From NCBI GenBank assembly GCA_951406725.2, contig OX597831.1, forward strand, positions 2,170,001 through 2,234,000: DNA of 64,000 nucleotides, read 5' to 3'. Both the position numbers and the translations under genes were made by a program. The notes beneath the pieces are model-generated. The model saw only the letters and a list, made by a program, of their open reading frames with translations, did not search any database and had not been told where the DNA came from. Below are positions 38,541-51,329 of this stretch, piece after piece. The first letter of the stretch is position 1. Every line of letters begins with the position of its first letter. The DNA comes from Octopus vulgaris. Taxonomy: Eukaryota.

Positions 38541-38787
38541 ATCAGACTTGCATCAAAGGATGGACTCTTACATTGTTCACAAAGTATGAGCACACCTTTT
38601 GATGCAAGTCTGAAGTGCCTCTCTTTCTTATCAGCTTAATATCTGACACGGTCCCTATTTGGGGCCACCGATATTAAACTGATTTTTTAAAACGAGGCGA
38701 AGAGTTAGGGGCTTGCTCTGCCTTTGCCACGGGTTGGCCTGGTATAGCAGTACTTCCAGGATTCAGCCCATCTCCCACTCGGGAGAT
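38541..38787 (+). ncRNA. U2 snRNA-derived chimeric unit: U2 body 38622-38770, non-U2 5' hairpin 38542-38613, extra 3' hairpin 38770-38787; functional status unknown
   Basis: TTCTTATCAGCTTAATATCTGA (stem IIa), GGTCCC/GGGGCC (IIb), GATATTAAACTG (IIc partner), Sm-like GATTTTTT, AGGGGCTTGCTC (stem III), GGGTTGGCCTGGTATAGCAGTACTTCCAGGATTCAGCCC (stem-loop IV). The canonical 5' end with GTAGTA is absent. Confidence 0.88.
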
Positions 38788-38884
38788 AAAATAAACTAAT
38801 ATTTAAATACTTTGCAGTAATTATGTCCTAAGTAGAAATCCCATTGAATTTAAGTTTATTCTTCATTATTTTTTTTTATTACTT

Positions 38885-39350
38885 GCTGGATGGAGGAAGG
38901 GGAAGAGCTCCTGGCCCTCATAGGACTTCCTTGACCAGTGATATTGATACCATTAATGTACCTCTTAAATCTTCGTAAGTCATACCTACAAGAAAGACAT
39001 GAGCAAAGAGGGAATTCTAGAGTTCCAACATTCTGGTAAAGAAGGACTGAGCATTGTGATTTGTGCAGGAGGTGGGAAGAATAAACTCAACAGGAATGAT
39101 GAGAGGAGGAGAGTTAGATGGGTCAGCAATGTCTGAGTGGTGATGACACGAGCCCAATTAGTTACAAGGAGCAGAGGCCATTATAGTAGCAGTTGTCAAG
39201 GTAGAAAGGGGAGTCAAAGTACCTGTAAGCCAGAGGAAGGAGTGTCTGTGAGCAAATTTGTGTAGATTTCATATATGGCATCAAGGTTGCCAGTGAATTA
39301 TATAATGGGAGTTTATTCCGTCAACTATTCATCCGCCTCTAATTTGTGGC
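38885..39350 (-). mobile_element. Decayed non-LTR retrotransposon 3' fragment (CR1/L2-like)
   Basis: Frameshifted remnants such as ...NHNAQSFFTRMLEL*NSL, typical of LINE ORF2 C-termini. Confidence 0.45.
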
Positions 39351-39441
39351 TTTCAGACAGTGTAAGAAATCATCAATATAAGTACTGATATATTACTAAA
39401 GATTCTTTGAATTGTGCCAAGTTCTTCACTTTTTTTTTTCA

Positions 39442-39672
39442 TTAACCCTTTCGTTACTGTATTTATTTTGAGATGCTCTGTATTTCTTTCAATTACTTTA
39501 AATATAACAAAGAATTTAGTAAAATAACCTAGTTGTCATTCAGCTAGTGTTAGGAACATAAATTGTGACTAAGGTTTGGTGGAAGACTTTTTAATTCAAA
39601 ACTTATGAAAACAAGACATTTGTAATACAGAGCCAGAGCTGGTTTCAGCCGGGTTGGTAATGAAAGGGTTAA
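39442..39672. mobile_element. piggyBac-like MITE, subfamily 2 (other copies 45988-46215, ~50555-50781)
   Basis: TTAA|CCCTTTCGTTAC...TAATGAAAGGG|TTAA. The three copies are highly similar internally. Confidence 0.8.
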
Positions 39673-41631
39673 ACTCCTTCCCAGTTCCATAATAAAGCTT
39701 CAATAGTTTGATACCATTCAAACCGGTCCTTAGCAAGTTGCTGTACTTTGTCCTTGTAAAATACATTTCTCTCAGCTCACCTTCAGCTGTTCTTTGCACA
39801 TCCAGGTTTTTACTTTCTAGGTGCTATCTATCTTAATACTACCGTTGGTATTCTTTCTCAATCCATTCTGAATATGTGGCCTAACCACTGGCATTTTATT
39901 TCAAGGACATCAGTTTTGCAATACATCTAATCATTTGTTACTTAGTTGACCCAGAACATGTGGCAAATTTTCCTCTGGCACTTGCTCTGAAACACATTGA
40001 TCTTGTGTCTTTTATGACATTAGGACAGATTTGACATTGCTGATATAGAAAATATGTTTTGCCCAATAACTATATTACACAAGACTTCCACATTGACTGA
40101 ACCCTGGTGAATACCACACAGCCTTTGGTATGTCTTGCTTGAATACCTTTTGATTTTACCCCATTGATCTTGCAGATAAGGCTTCCTAGATATATAATGT
40201 CCTCCTCATAGTCTAGTGGTTCACTTTTGGTGCAAGCTTGTTAGAATTTATGAACTTGGCTTGCGTTTTTAAAGTATTGTTATAACTTGTCTGCTGTGCA
40301 TAATTGTTCGACCATCCAGTTTTCTCCTGTAGGTGATTTCTTTGTTAGGAAAAGGCTGCCAGTTAAGATCTAAAGCATCTACTGGATTCTTTTGTCTTAT
40401 ATTTGAATGAATTGATAAGAAGTTGGAAGAGGATCAGGGAGAAGATGAAAATACTGTTGCACATCAGGTTCCTTATTGTGTTCATTGCCAAGAAGACAGT
40501 GTCTTGTCAAAGATCACACTTCATTCAAAATAGCTATAGAATAAACAATGACAGTTTTCTTAAGGATTCCATATGACCTCAAAATCTTTGGCTGTGTGGT
40601 AAGTAGCTTGTTTACCAACCACATAGTTCCAGGTTCAGTCCCACTGCATGGCACCTTGGGCAAGTGTCTTCTGCTATAGCCTCAGGCAGACCAAAGCCTT
40701 GTGAGTGGATTTGGTAGACGGAAACTGAAAGAAGCCTGTTGTGTATATATATTTGTGTGTCTGTGTTTGTCCCCCCCCACCATCGCTTGACAACTGATGT
40801 TGATATGTTTATGTCCCCATAACTTAGCAGTTCAGCAAAAAGAGACCATAGACTTACAAAGAATAAGTTCTGGGGTTGATTTATTCGACTAAAGGATGTG
40901 CTCCGGTATGGCCACAGTCAAATGACTGAAACAAGTAAAAGAATGTCTTTCTGAGGTACAGTGTCAAAAATCCTGAAGTTTATGAAATTGATGTATACTC
41001 AAGATATTGGTTTCAAATGTTGGCACAAGGCCAGCAATTTCAAGGCTCTTGGTAAGTCGATTACTTCAGCCCCAGTGGTCGACTGGTACTTATTTTATTG
41101 ACCCTAAAAGCATGAAAGGTCAGGTTAAACTCAACGTAAAGACGGACAAAATACCACTAAGCATTTTGCCCATCACAGTAACAATTCTGCCAGCTTGCTG
41201 CCTTTATGTACGACTGTCACAACAAAATAATTTCAGCCTTTCCAATTCATTACATACAATGAATTGTTCTCCAGTTGTGACCTTCCTGTCTTTTTATACC
41301 TATGTGTGTGGCACGTAAAAAGCACCATCCGATCGTGGCCGTTGCCAGCCTCACCTGGTCCCCGTGCCGGTGGCACGTAAAAAGCACCATCTGTCCATGG
41401 CCGTTTGCCAGATTTGTCTGGCACCTGTGCAGGTGGCATGTAAAAAGCACCCACTACACTCATGGAGTGGTTGGCGTTAGGAAGGGCATCCAGCCGTAGA
41501 AACATTGCCAGATCAGACTGGGCCTGGTGCAGCCTTCTGGCTTCCCAGACCCCAGTTGCACCGTCCAACCCATGCCAGCATGGAAAGCAGACGCTAAACG
41601 ATGATGATGATGTATGTATAATGCATACATA

Positions 41632-43052
41632 CAGGGTGTGTAAGGTATTTGAGGACATACTTTTTGGGGTCGTTACTGCATTTTTTGCTAACTCTGTATA
41701 ATCTTTGTTTTAGGAAATAATAATGGCAGGCCCTCAGCTTACTCAAGAAATGACGATGCATGCTGTTATTGTGGTTATAAAGGCTAAGCTTAGTGATTTA
41801 GAAATATCTCAATTTTTAAAAGTTGCCAGATCTTTCGTCTACAAAGTTTGTAAAGAGCTAGAGACTGAAGATGGAACTGTATCACCAGTATCAAAGCATA
41901 AAAAGCATTTTAAATGCTCTGAAACCGCCAGAACATCTGAATTTATCCAGCAAGTTCTACAGACCATTGATAACAATCCCAGAGAGTCCATGAGGTCAAT
42001 TGCAAAGGAACTCCATGTGTCAGAAGGAACAGTCAGAAATGTTGTCCACAAAAACATCAGATATAGTCTTAAATGATGAGGAAAGGTCAATTTGTAAGAA
42101 AAAGCAAAAGAAAATCACTACATCAGATCTAAAAGGCTCTTAAACTGAAAAACCCAGTAGAAGATTTGATTTGGTTTTTCTCAAATGAGAAAAACTTCGA
42201 CCAAGATCAGAAAGTTACTAAAGAGATGACAGATGGTTCTGAAGTTCCAAGTGTTATGCATACAAAATTTCCTGCAACTGTCCTGGTTTTAGGGGTTGTC
42301 AGCAATAAAGGATATGATGCCTCTTGACTTCTTTCCATAAGGCCTTAGAGTTAACTCTGCCACCTACATTGAGACCTTGGAAATTATTGTTAAACCCTGG
42401 ATAGACAGTGTATGCAATGGAAGGCCATATGTGTTTCAGTAAGACTCTGCACTATCACTCATAGCTCTACTAACACAGGAATGGATGGCTGAAAATTTTC
42501 ACAATCACATAACCCCTGACATTTGGCCTCCTAATTCCCCAGATCTCAATCCATTGGACTAATACATGTGGGGCGTTGTTGAGAAAGAGATGTCAATGAA
42601 CATACCCATAATAACAAAAGCTGCCATAGTCAGAGTAATGTTCAGAATGTGCAGGTGGCACGTAAAAAGCACCCACTACACTCACGGAGTGGTTGGCGTT
42701 AGGAAGGGCATCCAGCTGTAGAAACACTGCCAGATAAGACTGGAGCCCTGGTGCAGCCTTCTGGCTTCCCAGGTCCCCAGTCGAACCGTCCAACACATGC
42801 TAGCATGGAGAATGGACGTTAAACGATGATGATGATGATGAACCAGGACTACTGGATTCTACAATGTAGATGATTTAAATCTCATATAGAAGCAGTTGTT
42901 GCAGCTGAAGGTGGCTTTATTGAATAACATTATAGAAAAGAAGGTTTATTTTTATCCTCATAGCATTTTTTGATAAATAAAGTTATTATCTGTTATTATA
43001 TATTTGTTTTGTTATAAACATAAATCTGTCCTCAAATGTCTTACACACCCTG
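41632..43052 (+). mobile_element. Near full-length, degenerate Tc1/mariner element of DD37D (maT) type
   Basis: TIRs CAGGGTGTGTAAGRYATTTGAGGACA with TA flanks. HTH-type ORF at 41723-42076. Catalytic remnants WFFSNEKNF, YVFQ*DSA and WPPNSPDLNPLD, with 37 residues between D(42443) and D(42557). Stops, frameshifts and a LINE 3' fragment inserted at ~42649-42840. Confidence 0.92.
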
Positions 43053-44225
43053 TATATATATATAGGCACAGGCATGGCTGTGTGGTAAGAAGCTTGCTTC
43101 CCAACCACATGGTTCCAGGTTCAGTTCCACTGCATGGCACCTTGAGCAAAAGTCTTCTACCATAACCTTGAGCCAACTAAAGACTTGTGATTGGATTTGG
43201 TAGATGGAAACTGAAAGAATCTCATCATATATGTATATATTTTTGCGTCTGTGTTTGTCCCTCAGAACCACTTGACAACCGGTGTTGGTGTGTTTATGTC
43301 TCTGTAACTAAGTGGTTTGGTAAAAGAGACCAATAGAATAAGTACTAAGCTGAACAAAAAATAAGTACTGGGGTTGATTCATTTGACTAAAAAAATATTC
43401 TTCAAGGTGGTACCCCAGTATGGCCACAATCTAATGACCGAAACAAGTATCAGATAAAGATATCATTACATTCTCTAGTGCATCTTTTATTTATGATGAC
43501 AGATATTATCTGATAGAAATTTGCCTGCTAGCCCTGTCAAGTTGAGTGACCTGTAGAGGCTTCCTCGTGGCTCAAATCAAACGTATTTATAGATGGAACT
43601 GTTTTATGGTTATAAAAGCCTCCCCCCCCCTCCGAGTTGAGTTGGATCCCAGATAGATGGTGTTACTTAAATGCTCTAGTTATTTTTTACTTGTGTAATG
43701 AATATCATAGAAGTAAGTAGTTAAATGTTCAGTGATGTTATATATTTTGTCATGTCGTATTTGGTTGTGTGGTATTTACCGTATAAGGGGTGTTGTGTGC
43801 TTGTCTGGTGATGTTGTTAACATGTCTTGTGTAGTAATTAAGGTATATGTTTTGCTGTTTAGTCTCTTCATAATTAGATGCTGTTGTTGGCAAAGTAAAC
43901 TTGGCCAGTGTAGAACATCTTTAATTTGGTAGGATTTATTAGATTGTGGTTAATTAATCCTAAATGTTCTCCTTTAGAATCACATATTTCCATCTTTCCA
44001 TCCATCTGTCTGTTTTTAATGTGTCGTGTCTATCTAAAGTAGACAATGATTATAACCTCCCAGTTGTAGATACCTCTTAGACCACACTTCATTCATATTG
44101 TATTGTTAATGTTGTGTTTCACTGCTGAGCTCAATTTTATCTGATTTACAACATTAACCAAAATATGCTTCAAGCATCAAGAGTATCACACAAAGTCAGA
44201 AGTGAAGTACTATAATGATTCCATT

Positions 44226-44430
44226 CTATCTATCTATCCGCTCAGTCGAAGTCGACTCTCGGTTACTCGTTGGGTCAATGTTCTCCAGTCAGTTCTATCC
44301 TTTCAGATTGGCTATGTCCATTCTGGTATCACTCTTGATGGTGTCAAGCCAGCGGGTTCTCGGTCGGCCTCTTCCTCTCTTGCCACTGACCATTCCAAGC
44401 ATGATGTCCTTCTCCATTACAGGACAGAAA
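44226..44430 (-). mobile_element. RTE/BovB-like LINE 3' end
   Basis: EKDIMLGMVSGKRGRGRPRTRWLDTIK, then ...gagagtcgacttcgactgagcg and a (GATA)n tail. Confidence 0.8.
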
Positions 44431-47400
44431 TCGATGATAGAGGAAGAGATTAGAGTTTGTTCCTTTACATTATAGACTTCCTCACTTCCTTCTAAATGAA
44501 TGTCAACAAGATTAGTGCAATTTATGTAATGTTGCATGCTTCAGGACTGGATGACCAATGCAGTTTTATGTGGTACTGTCATCATTTAACATCCGTTTTC
44601 CATGCTGGCATGGGTTGGTTTGATGGGCTGGCTAGGTAGAAGACTGCACCAGGTTTGACTCTTTTGGCAGGGTTTTTCCAGCTGGATGTCCTTCCTAACA
44701 CCAACCACCTTACAGAGTGGACTAAGTCATACAGGAAATTAAGAGACAATATGTATAATTTGAGCAGAAGCTGTAAAACTACTGACCTATTAGGTTTACA
44801 GAAGCTTCTTCCAGCTCTTTACCCTTCCACCCCCTACTGTTTCCTTACATCGTTGTTATTCCACTCCCACCTGTCCCTATCCGTTTATTCCATCTTCCCT
44901 TGTATTTTCTGCTCTTGTAACATAGCTGGCTTCATAAAACAACCCTTTTGTTTGGAAAGATAAACAAAAGTAGTTCTCAAAATTTCTAACACTGACAAAT
45001 TCTTGTCACCAAATCATTAACATAGCCAATGATGTTTACTTGTTTATCAGTGCAAAATATATAAATCGTGGCTACATCTGGCAATGACACTGAAGTGTTT
45101 GGGATATCAAATTGATTTTGGTACATTTTCTGACCTGAATATGGATATAAAAAAAAAAGAGAGAGAGAGAGAGAGAGAATGTGTTATTGTCTGAAGGGCG
45201 GCAACAGATTTGTGGTCTTATGAATTCTTGGTGGATCAGCTTTTGGCTTGTGACAGACGATTGTGGTTCCACTGAACTAAATCAATGATCAGGAACTAAT
45301 CACAGTTGAGTTTAATAGAATTTTGGACCCTAAATCTGCATTTAACACTTTATTCTGCTTCTTTTGCAGAATAATATTGCTCTAGAAGACCACCTTCTTA
45401 TCTCTCTCAGTGTTTCCCAACAAGCCAACACTTTGAACTGAATGATAAATGATCTCCTACAGTCTGAGAGGTGGTGGTTATTGATTTTGAAGGCAATAGG
45501 TATTTGATAGGAATAAATGACTAGAGAAAGTTCTAGCAAAAAAGAATTACCTTCATATTGTTCGGTGGAAGCTCTTGGGTGAGTGCCATGTTGTGGATGA
45601 AGAGATGATGTTTCAAAATTTGATACATATCCAACAAGCAGAAAGGAGAGCTGATTGTGTTTGTAATATGAAGATTGTAATGAGATGCTACTGGAGGTAC
45701 TCACAACAGAGGCTGACTGACAGACTTTAAAAGTGGTAGTTTGGTCTGTGGTGAAAAATGTTCTGTATCACAGATAAGATGCTAGTAGTTCAAAAGACTG
45801 CAAACATGCAATTCTTGTTGGCTAGCTACCACCTTCTCTCAAACACTCTCGACTTGTTTCTCTTTATCTCGTTACCCATATGTCTGACCATTATACCCAT
45901 TCCTTTTCCCCCCCAGAACATCAGCCCTCTGGAACTCTCTTCCTGCAGAAACATTAGCAGCCTCAGTCTTACTAGTCTTGAAGGGCTTTAGCCCTTTCAT
46001 TACTGAATTTATTTTGAGATGTTCTGTGTTTCTTTCAATTACTTAAAATATAACAAAGAATTTAGTAAAATAGCTCAGTAATCATTAAGCTAGTGTTAAG
46101 AACATAAATTGTGGTTAAGGTTTAGTGGAAGATTTTAATTCAAAACTTATGAAAGCAAGACATTTGTACTCAGGGCTAGAGCCGGTTTCAGCCGGGTTGG
46201 TAATGAAAGGGTTAAGCAGTGCTGCTTTTTCCAGAAATGGAAAGTAAAAATTAAAAAAGGAAAGAAAAGGTGTTAAAGTGGTTGGTGAATATGATTGTTA
46301 GGTAGTGAAGTGTTTTTAGTGTTACAGAGCAGCTGGTGCATTTAATAGAAGTGGTTCTAGTTGCAATGGGAGGAAAGGACTGTGTCATTGTTCTTTGCAG
46401 GCCCTTGAAATAGATATCCAATGTAAAGGCTGTAACTTAGTGCATATGTAGAGGGAATTCAAGCGGTCAATATTTTGGGGATGAAAAGTGGGGCCTAGGT
46501 AGAGATGGTATGCAAGTAGCTAGCTCTGGTGAGCAGAGACTCTTGTAGTAGCTTTGGAAAAGGCAAAGTGAGGAGACAGTGCCATACAGTGGGACTGAAC
46601 CTGGGACCATGTGGTTGGGAAGCAAGCTTCTTACCATGCAGCTATGCCTGTGCTTTTATTGTATTGTATTGTAGAAGTATAACCAATTTATTGCACGTAA
46701 ATTCTAACAACAAAATCTTATATGGACCCCAACTGAAAACCACTGATTTTGATGAGTTTAAATCATGAAGTTTACATTGTAAAAGTAGAGTAGGCCTCAG
46801 GAAGGTTGGTAACAAAAGAATTAAATGTGATGAACATGTGTTGACTTGGATGAGATGGAGTTTACCTAAGATATTTTTGTACTAAACATTGTGAAAAGAT
46901 TTACTAGCATAAACCATTTCATTACAGCTCTTATATCAATGATATGAGACAACCACCTATCATCTTATCTCCTCTGACATGGTGACTGTATAATAATGAG
47001 GGTACTGTTTCCTGTAAACTTCTACATCTGTGATTGCTATATCAAACTTAATTCTTGTATGCTTGACACAGATCAAATATTATTGATTATAGAGTAAATA
47101 AGATCAGTTATGCATTAAAACAGCTGGTTCATTAGATTGCTCCACCTGTGATGGTATAGCTAAATTTCTGTATACTGTGTCACTTCTTAATATAATCAGG
47201 TGGTCAAATAAATGTTAAGAAAACACTGATCATCTGCTAAATGTCTGTTACTTTTGAGGTTGTAACCCTTGAGATGAAAAATCACAAGTGATTGGAAACC
47301 TTCTCCAGCATGACTTATACAACTGCAATCCTGTATTTATCTTCTTTTAGAACCCTATTTTGACTGTCTACATCTTATTCCTCCCCTGCAAGATGGTGCT

Positions 47401-47974
47401 ATGTCATAACAATTATACATAGTTTATTAATTGATAAAAACAACAGATCGTCATCATCATCGTTTAATGTCCGTTTTCCATGCTAGCATGGGTTGGACTT
47501 GTAAGTGTAAAACAATAAATGATGCAAGAGGGACAAAATCACCCATAGACTTACCTCTAAAGACATCATCATTTAACGTCCATTTTCTGTGCTGTCATGT
47601 GTCGGACGGTTTGACAAGAGCTGGCAAGCCAGAGGACTACACCAGGCTTTACTGTCTGTTTTGGGATGGGTTTTATGGCTGGATGCCCTTCGTAATGCCA
47701 GCCACTTTAGAGAGCAGCCTGGGAGCTTCCTACATTGCTCCAGGTGCATGAGTAGGGAGCAGGGAGTTTACATGAATGCAAAGAGGGAGTGGGGAATGCA
47801 GTGACGGGGACAAGATAAGAATGATACAAGGGGGAGGGAGAGATAAGCATAAGCATAGTGCATGAAAAAGAGGAAACGAGAAGAGAAGATATGTTGATTG
47901 GGGTAAGGTGTGTGAAAAATTTTTCTCGTTACATATGGGTGGAATGCACAGCACTTCCAGAACTCACTTTCACT

Positions 47975-48450
47975 GAAGTGGGTGGGTCTTCTCAAGATTC
48001 TCACATTGCCAGACATCTTGATCCATTGTCATCTTCTCCATGAGGCCCAACATCCTGAGATCAGTCTCACTACATCCCATGTCTTCCTGGGCCTCTCACT
48101 TTCACATCCTTTTTAAGTGATCAGCACTTCTTTATACGGCCATCTTCATATGCATCATATGTCTAAACCAATGTAGTCTTCTTTCTTGCATGTTTTATTT
48201 GATTCCTCTTATGTCCAAGAAATTTGCACTTTTGTCTTACATGCATACTGCTGTTGCATATCCATCAGAGCATACTAGCTTCATATTCAGGGCCCATGTC
48301 TCACTACCATGGAGTGTAGCCATTCGCACACAAGCGTCATACAATCTGCCTTTCACTCTGAGTGAGAGTCCTTTTGTTGCCAACAGAGGTAATAGCTCTC
48401 TGAACTTCCTCCATCCTATTCTTATTCTAGCAACAATACTTTCAGAATAT
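47975..48450 (-). mobile_element. Fragment of the same RTE LINE family (ORF C-terminal region)
   Basis: Alignable by eye to 52950-53420 (catacaatctgcctttcactctgag..., atcagcacttc...). Confidence 0.7.
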
Positions 48451-51329
48451 GATTCACCAAAAACTAGAAATTATACTAGAGAGAGGTGGTGGTGGTGGGG
48501 TTAGATTTCACATAAAATGAATGAATCTTTTGTGTTCTCTTATCAGTATTTCCTATTAAAGTTTAGTTCTTCATGACCTTTTGCATTGAAAACTGATGGT
48601 TTTATCTGCTTTTTCTACTTTATCTTATCTATTTGCTCTTGACTTCTTTTTAAGTGATCAGGTTGAGCGAAGCAGTTTATTATCATCATAATTTAATGTC
48701 TGTGTTCCATGCTGGCATGGGTTTGGCAGTTTGATAAGATCTAGTGTGTCCCAAGACTGCATCATATTCCAGTGTCTCTTTTGGTAAGGTTTCTGTGGCT
48801 GGATGCACTTCCTAATTCTAACCAGTTTACAGCATGTACTGGGTGCCTTCTTTCATGCCACTGACACAAGTGATGGCACCATTCAGTTTGCAAGACTACA
48901 AAAACTGAAAGGGTGTGGGCAGCCTTATGCTTGATAAGAGTTAGGGTATGAGAGGAGGGGATAAGGAAGAGTGGATTCTTGTTGCAGAGGGGCTATATGT
49001 TTCCCTTCTTTTTAAAAATCTCATCTTGTGTTATGAGAAGAGATATTTCCCATAGGATTTATGGACTCAGAAGGTTGGGAAATGATTCAGTCAGACTGAT
49101 GTTGTAGGTAACTAGAAGATTAACATATTGTGAAGGTATGTAGGAATAATTTCAACATGAACATATTTTAGAAAAAGATGAATAGGCAAGAAATGTGTGA
49201 TGGCTGAAGGATTGTTAATATGATAAGAAAAAAGCAATATCAGCGCAAGTGGCTATAAAAATGTGTTTATGATGACAAAGCTAGAATAATGTAATGTTTA
49301 ATGCAAGACTGTGAAAGACTAATGTCTTGGAGAAACAGAGACACTGTAATGTTCTTGCATTGAGGGAAAGAGATTGCATGTTGGCCTTTGTAATGGTGCA
49401 ATATCGGCAGTTTGTGTTTTCAAATTGTCACTTGTCAATGGGCAGAGATTTCAGACTTTAGAAGCTCTCTCTTTATCTGTACAGTCATCACATTTCCTCG
49501 CATTTGTAGTCTGGTTCTTAAAGTTAAGGTATTCACAAGAAACGGTCCATTTTCCTACGGTTAGGTGTCTAAAATGATGTTTCACCTTTTATGAAAGAGA
49601 ATCTTACTAAATTCAGATTTTGTCTGTTTAACCAAGTATGTCTCAGCCCATGGACTCCCTTTCATTCGCATTTTACTCAGATGGATCCTCCTAACTATTC
49701 AATGTTAAGAAAATCCTGTTATATTTTTATAATTGAATATTATTAGGAATTGTATAAAATTAACAATTAAAATATTTTGTGTATATTAGAAGTATAACCA
49801 ATTTATTGCAGATAAATTTCAACAACAAAATCTTATATGGATCCCGGTTGAGAACCACTGGTTTAAAATAGGATTTCGTTTTGTTAATTGTATAGGAATA
49901 TTGTATAGCGCTGGAGTGGCTGTGTGGTAAGTAGCTTGCTTACCAACCACATGCTTCCGGGTTCAGTCCCACTGCGTGGCATCTTGGGCAAGTGTCTTCT
50001 GCTATAGCCCCGGGCCGACCAATGCCTTGTGAGTGGATTTGGTAGACGGAAACTGAAAGAAGCCTGTCGTATATATGTATATATATATATATGTGTGTGT
50101 GTTTGTGTTTGTCCCCCTAGCATTGCTTGACAACCGATGCTGGTGTGTTTACGTCCCCGTCACTTAGCGGTTCGGCAAAAGAGACCGATAGAATAAGTAC
50201 TGGGCTTACAAAGAATAAGTCCCGGGGTCGATTTGCTTGACTAAAGGTGGTGCTCCAGCATGGCTGCAGTCAAATGACTGAAACAAGTAAAAGATTAAAG
50301 AGTAAGAGTGTAGTCCTAATTTGCAATTAAGCACTTAGAGCAGATACTCTCATGCAACACATACTGAGCCTACAAATCTCACTATGTGTTGTGTGTTCCT
50401 GCAGGCTCCACCTGCTAGAAATGACAACTAAATATCTTTCAAATCACACCCTTTCATCTTAAAAAATGCATATTTTGGATAGTGTGATTCTGGAACTCCT
50501 GCACATATGGAAAAGATGAGATAGTAACAACTGAAATTTCTTTTATCATAAATCTGTTCCATTTCGTTACCATATTTATTTTGAGATGCTGTGTTTCTTT
50601 CAATCAATTTTAGATATAACAAAGAATTTAGTAAACTAACTTAGTTATCATTCAGCTGGTGTTAGGAACATAAACTGTGACTAAGGTTTGATGGAATATT
50701 TTAATTCAGAACATTTGAAAATAAGACATTTGTACTCAGAGCCAGAGGCAGTTTCAGCCGGGTTGGTATCAAAAGGGTTAAACAACACATGTACTGACAA
50801 GGAAACCCAGGAAGACATGGGGCAAAGTACTGAAGGCCGACCTCAGGACACTGAACCTTTCAGAAGAGATGACAAAGGATCAAGATAGCAGACTTGCCCT
50901 CCACAGCAGAAGTGTTAAGGCTGCTCCTCCTGATGAAGGGGATTGGCCTGCAAGAGCCCTGAGCTGGTGCCATGTAAAAACCACTCATGCTGGCACCATA
51001 TAAATGTGCTTGTGCCGGTGCCACATTAAAAGTACCAACACACTGTAAGGTGTCAGGAAGGACATCCAGCCATAGAAACTAAGACAAATCAGACTGGAAC
51101 ATAGTGCAGCTCTCTGGCTGCCAGCTCTAGTCAAACCATCCAACCCTTGCCAGCATGGAAATTGGATGTTAAATGATGGTGACGATGATTTTACATTGCA
51201 ATTAGTAAACAATAGCAATACTACTTACAGATATCCAACAGATTTATTTATATCTTAATCTAGCGTCATAAATGAAACCTCAAAGAGAGCAGTAACACCA
51301 AATAAGAACTGACTTGGACTGTGAAAATC

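Noticed and set aside
38541-38770. Calling this locus a canonical functional U2 snRNA gene
   Set aside because: It lacks the ATCGCTTCTCGG 5' end and the GTAGTA branch-site recognition sequence and has a non-canonical Sm site; reported instead as a chimeric U2-derived unit.
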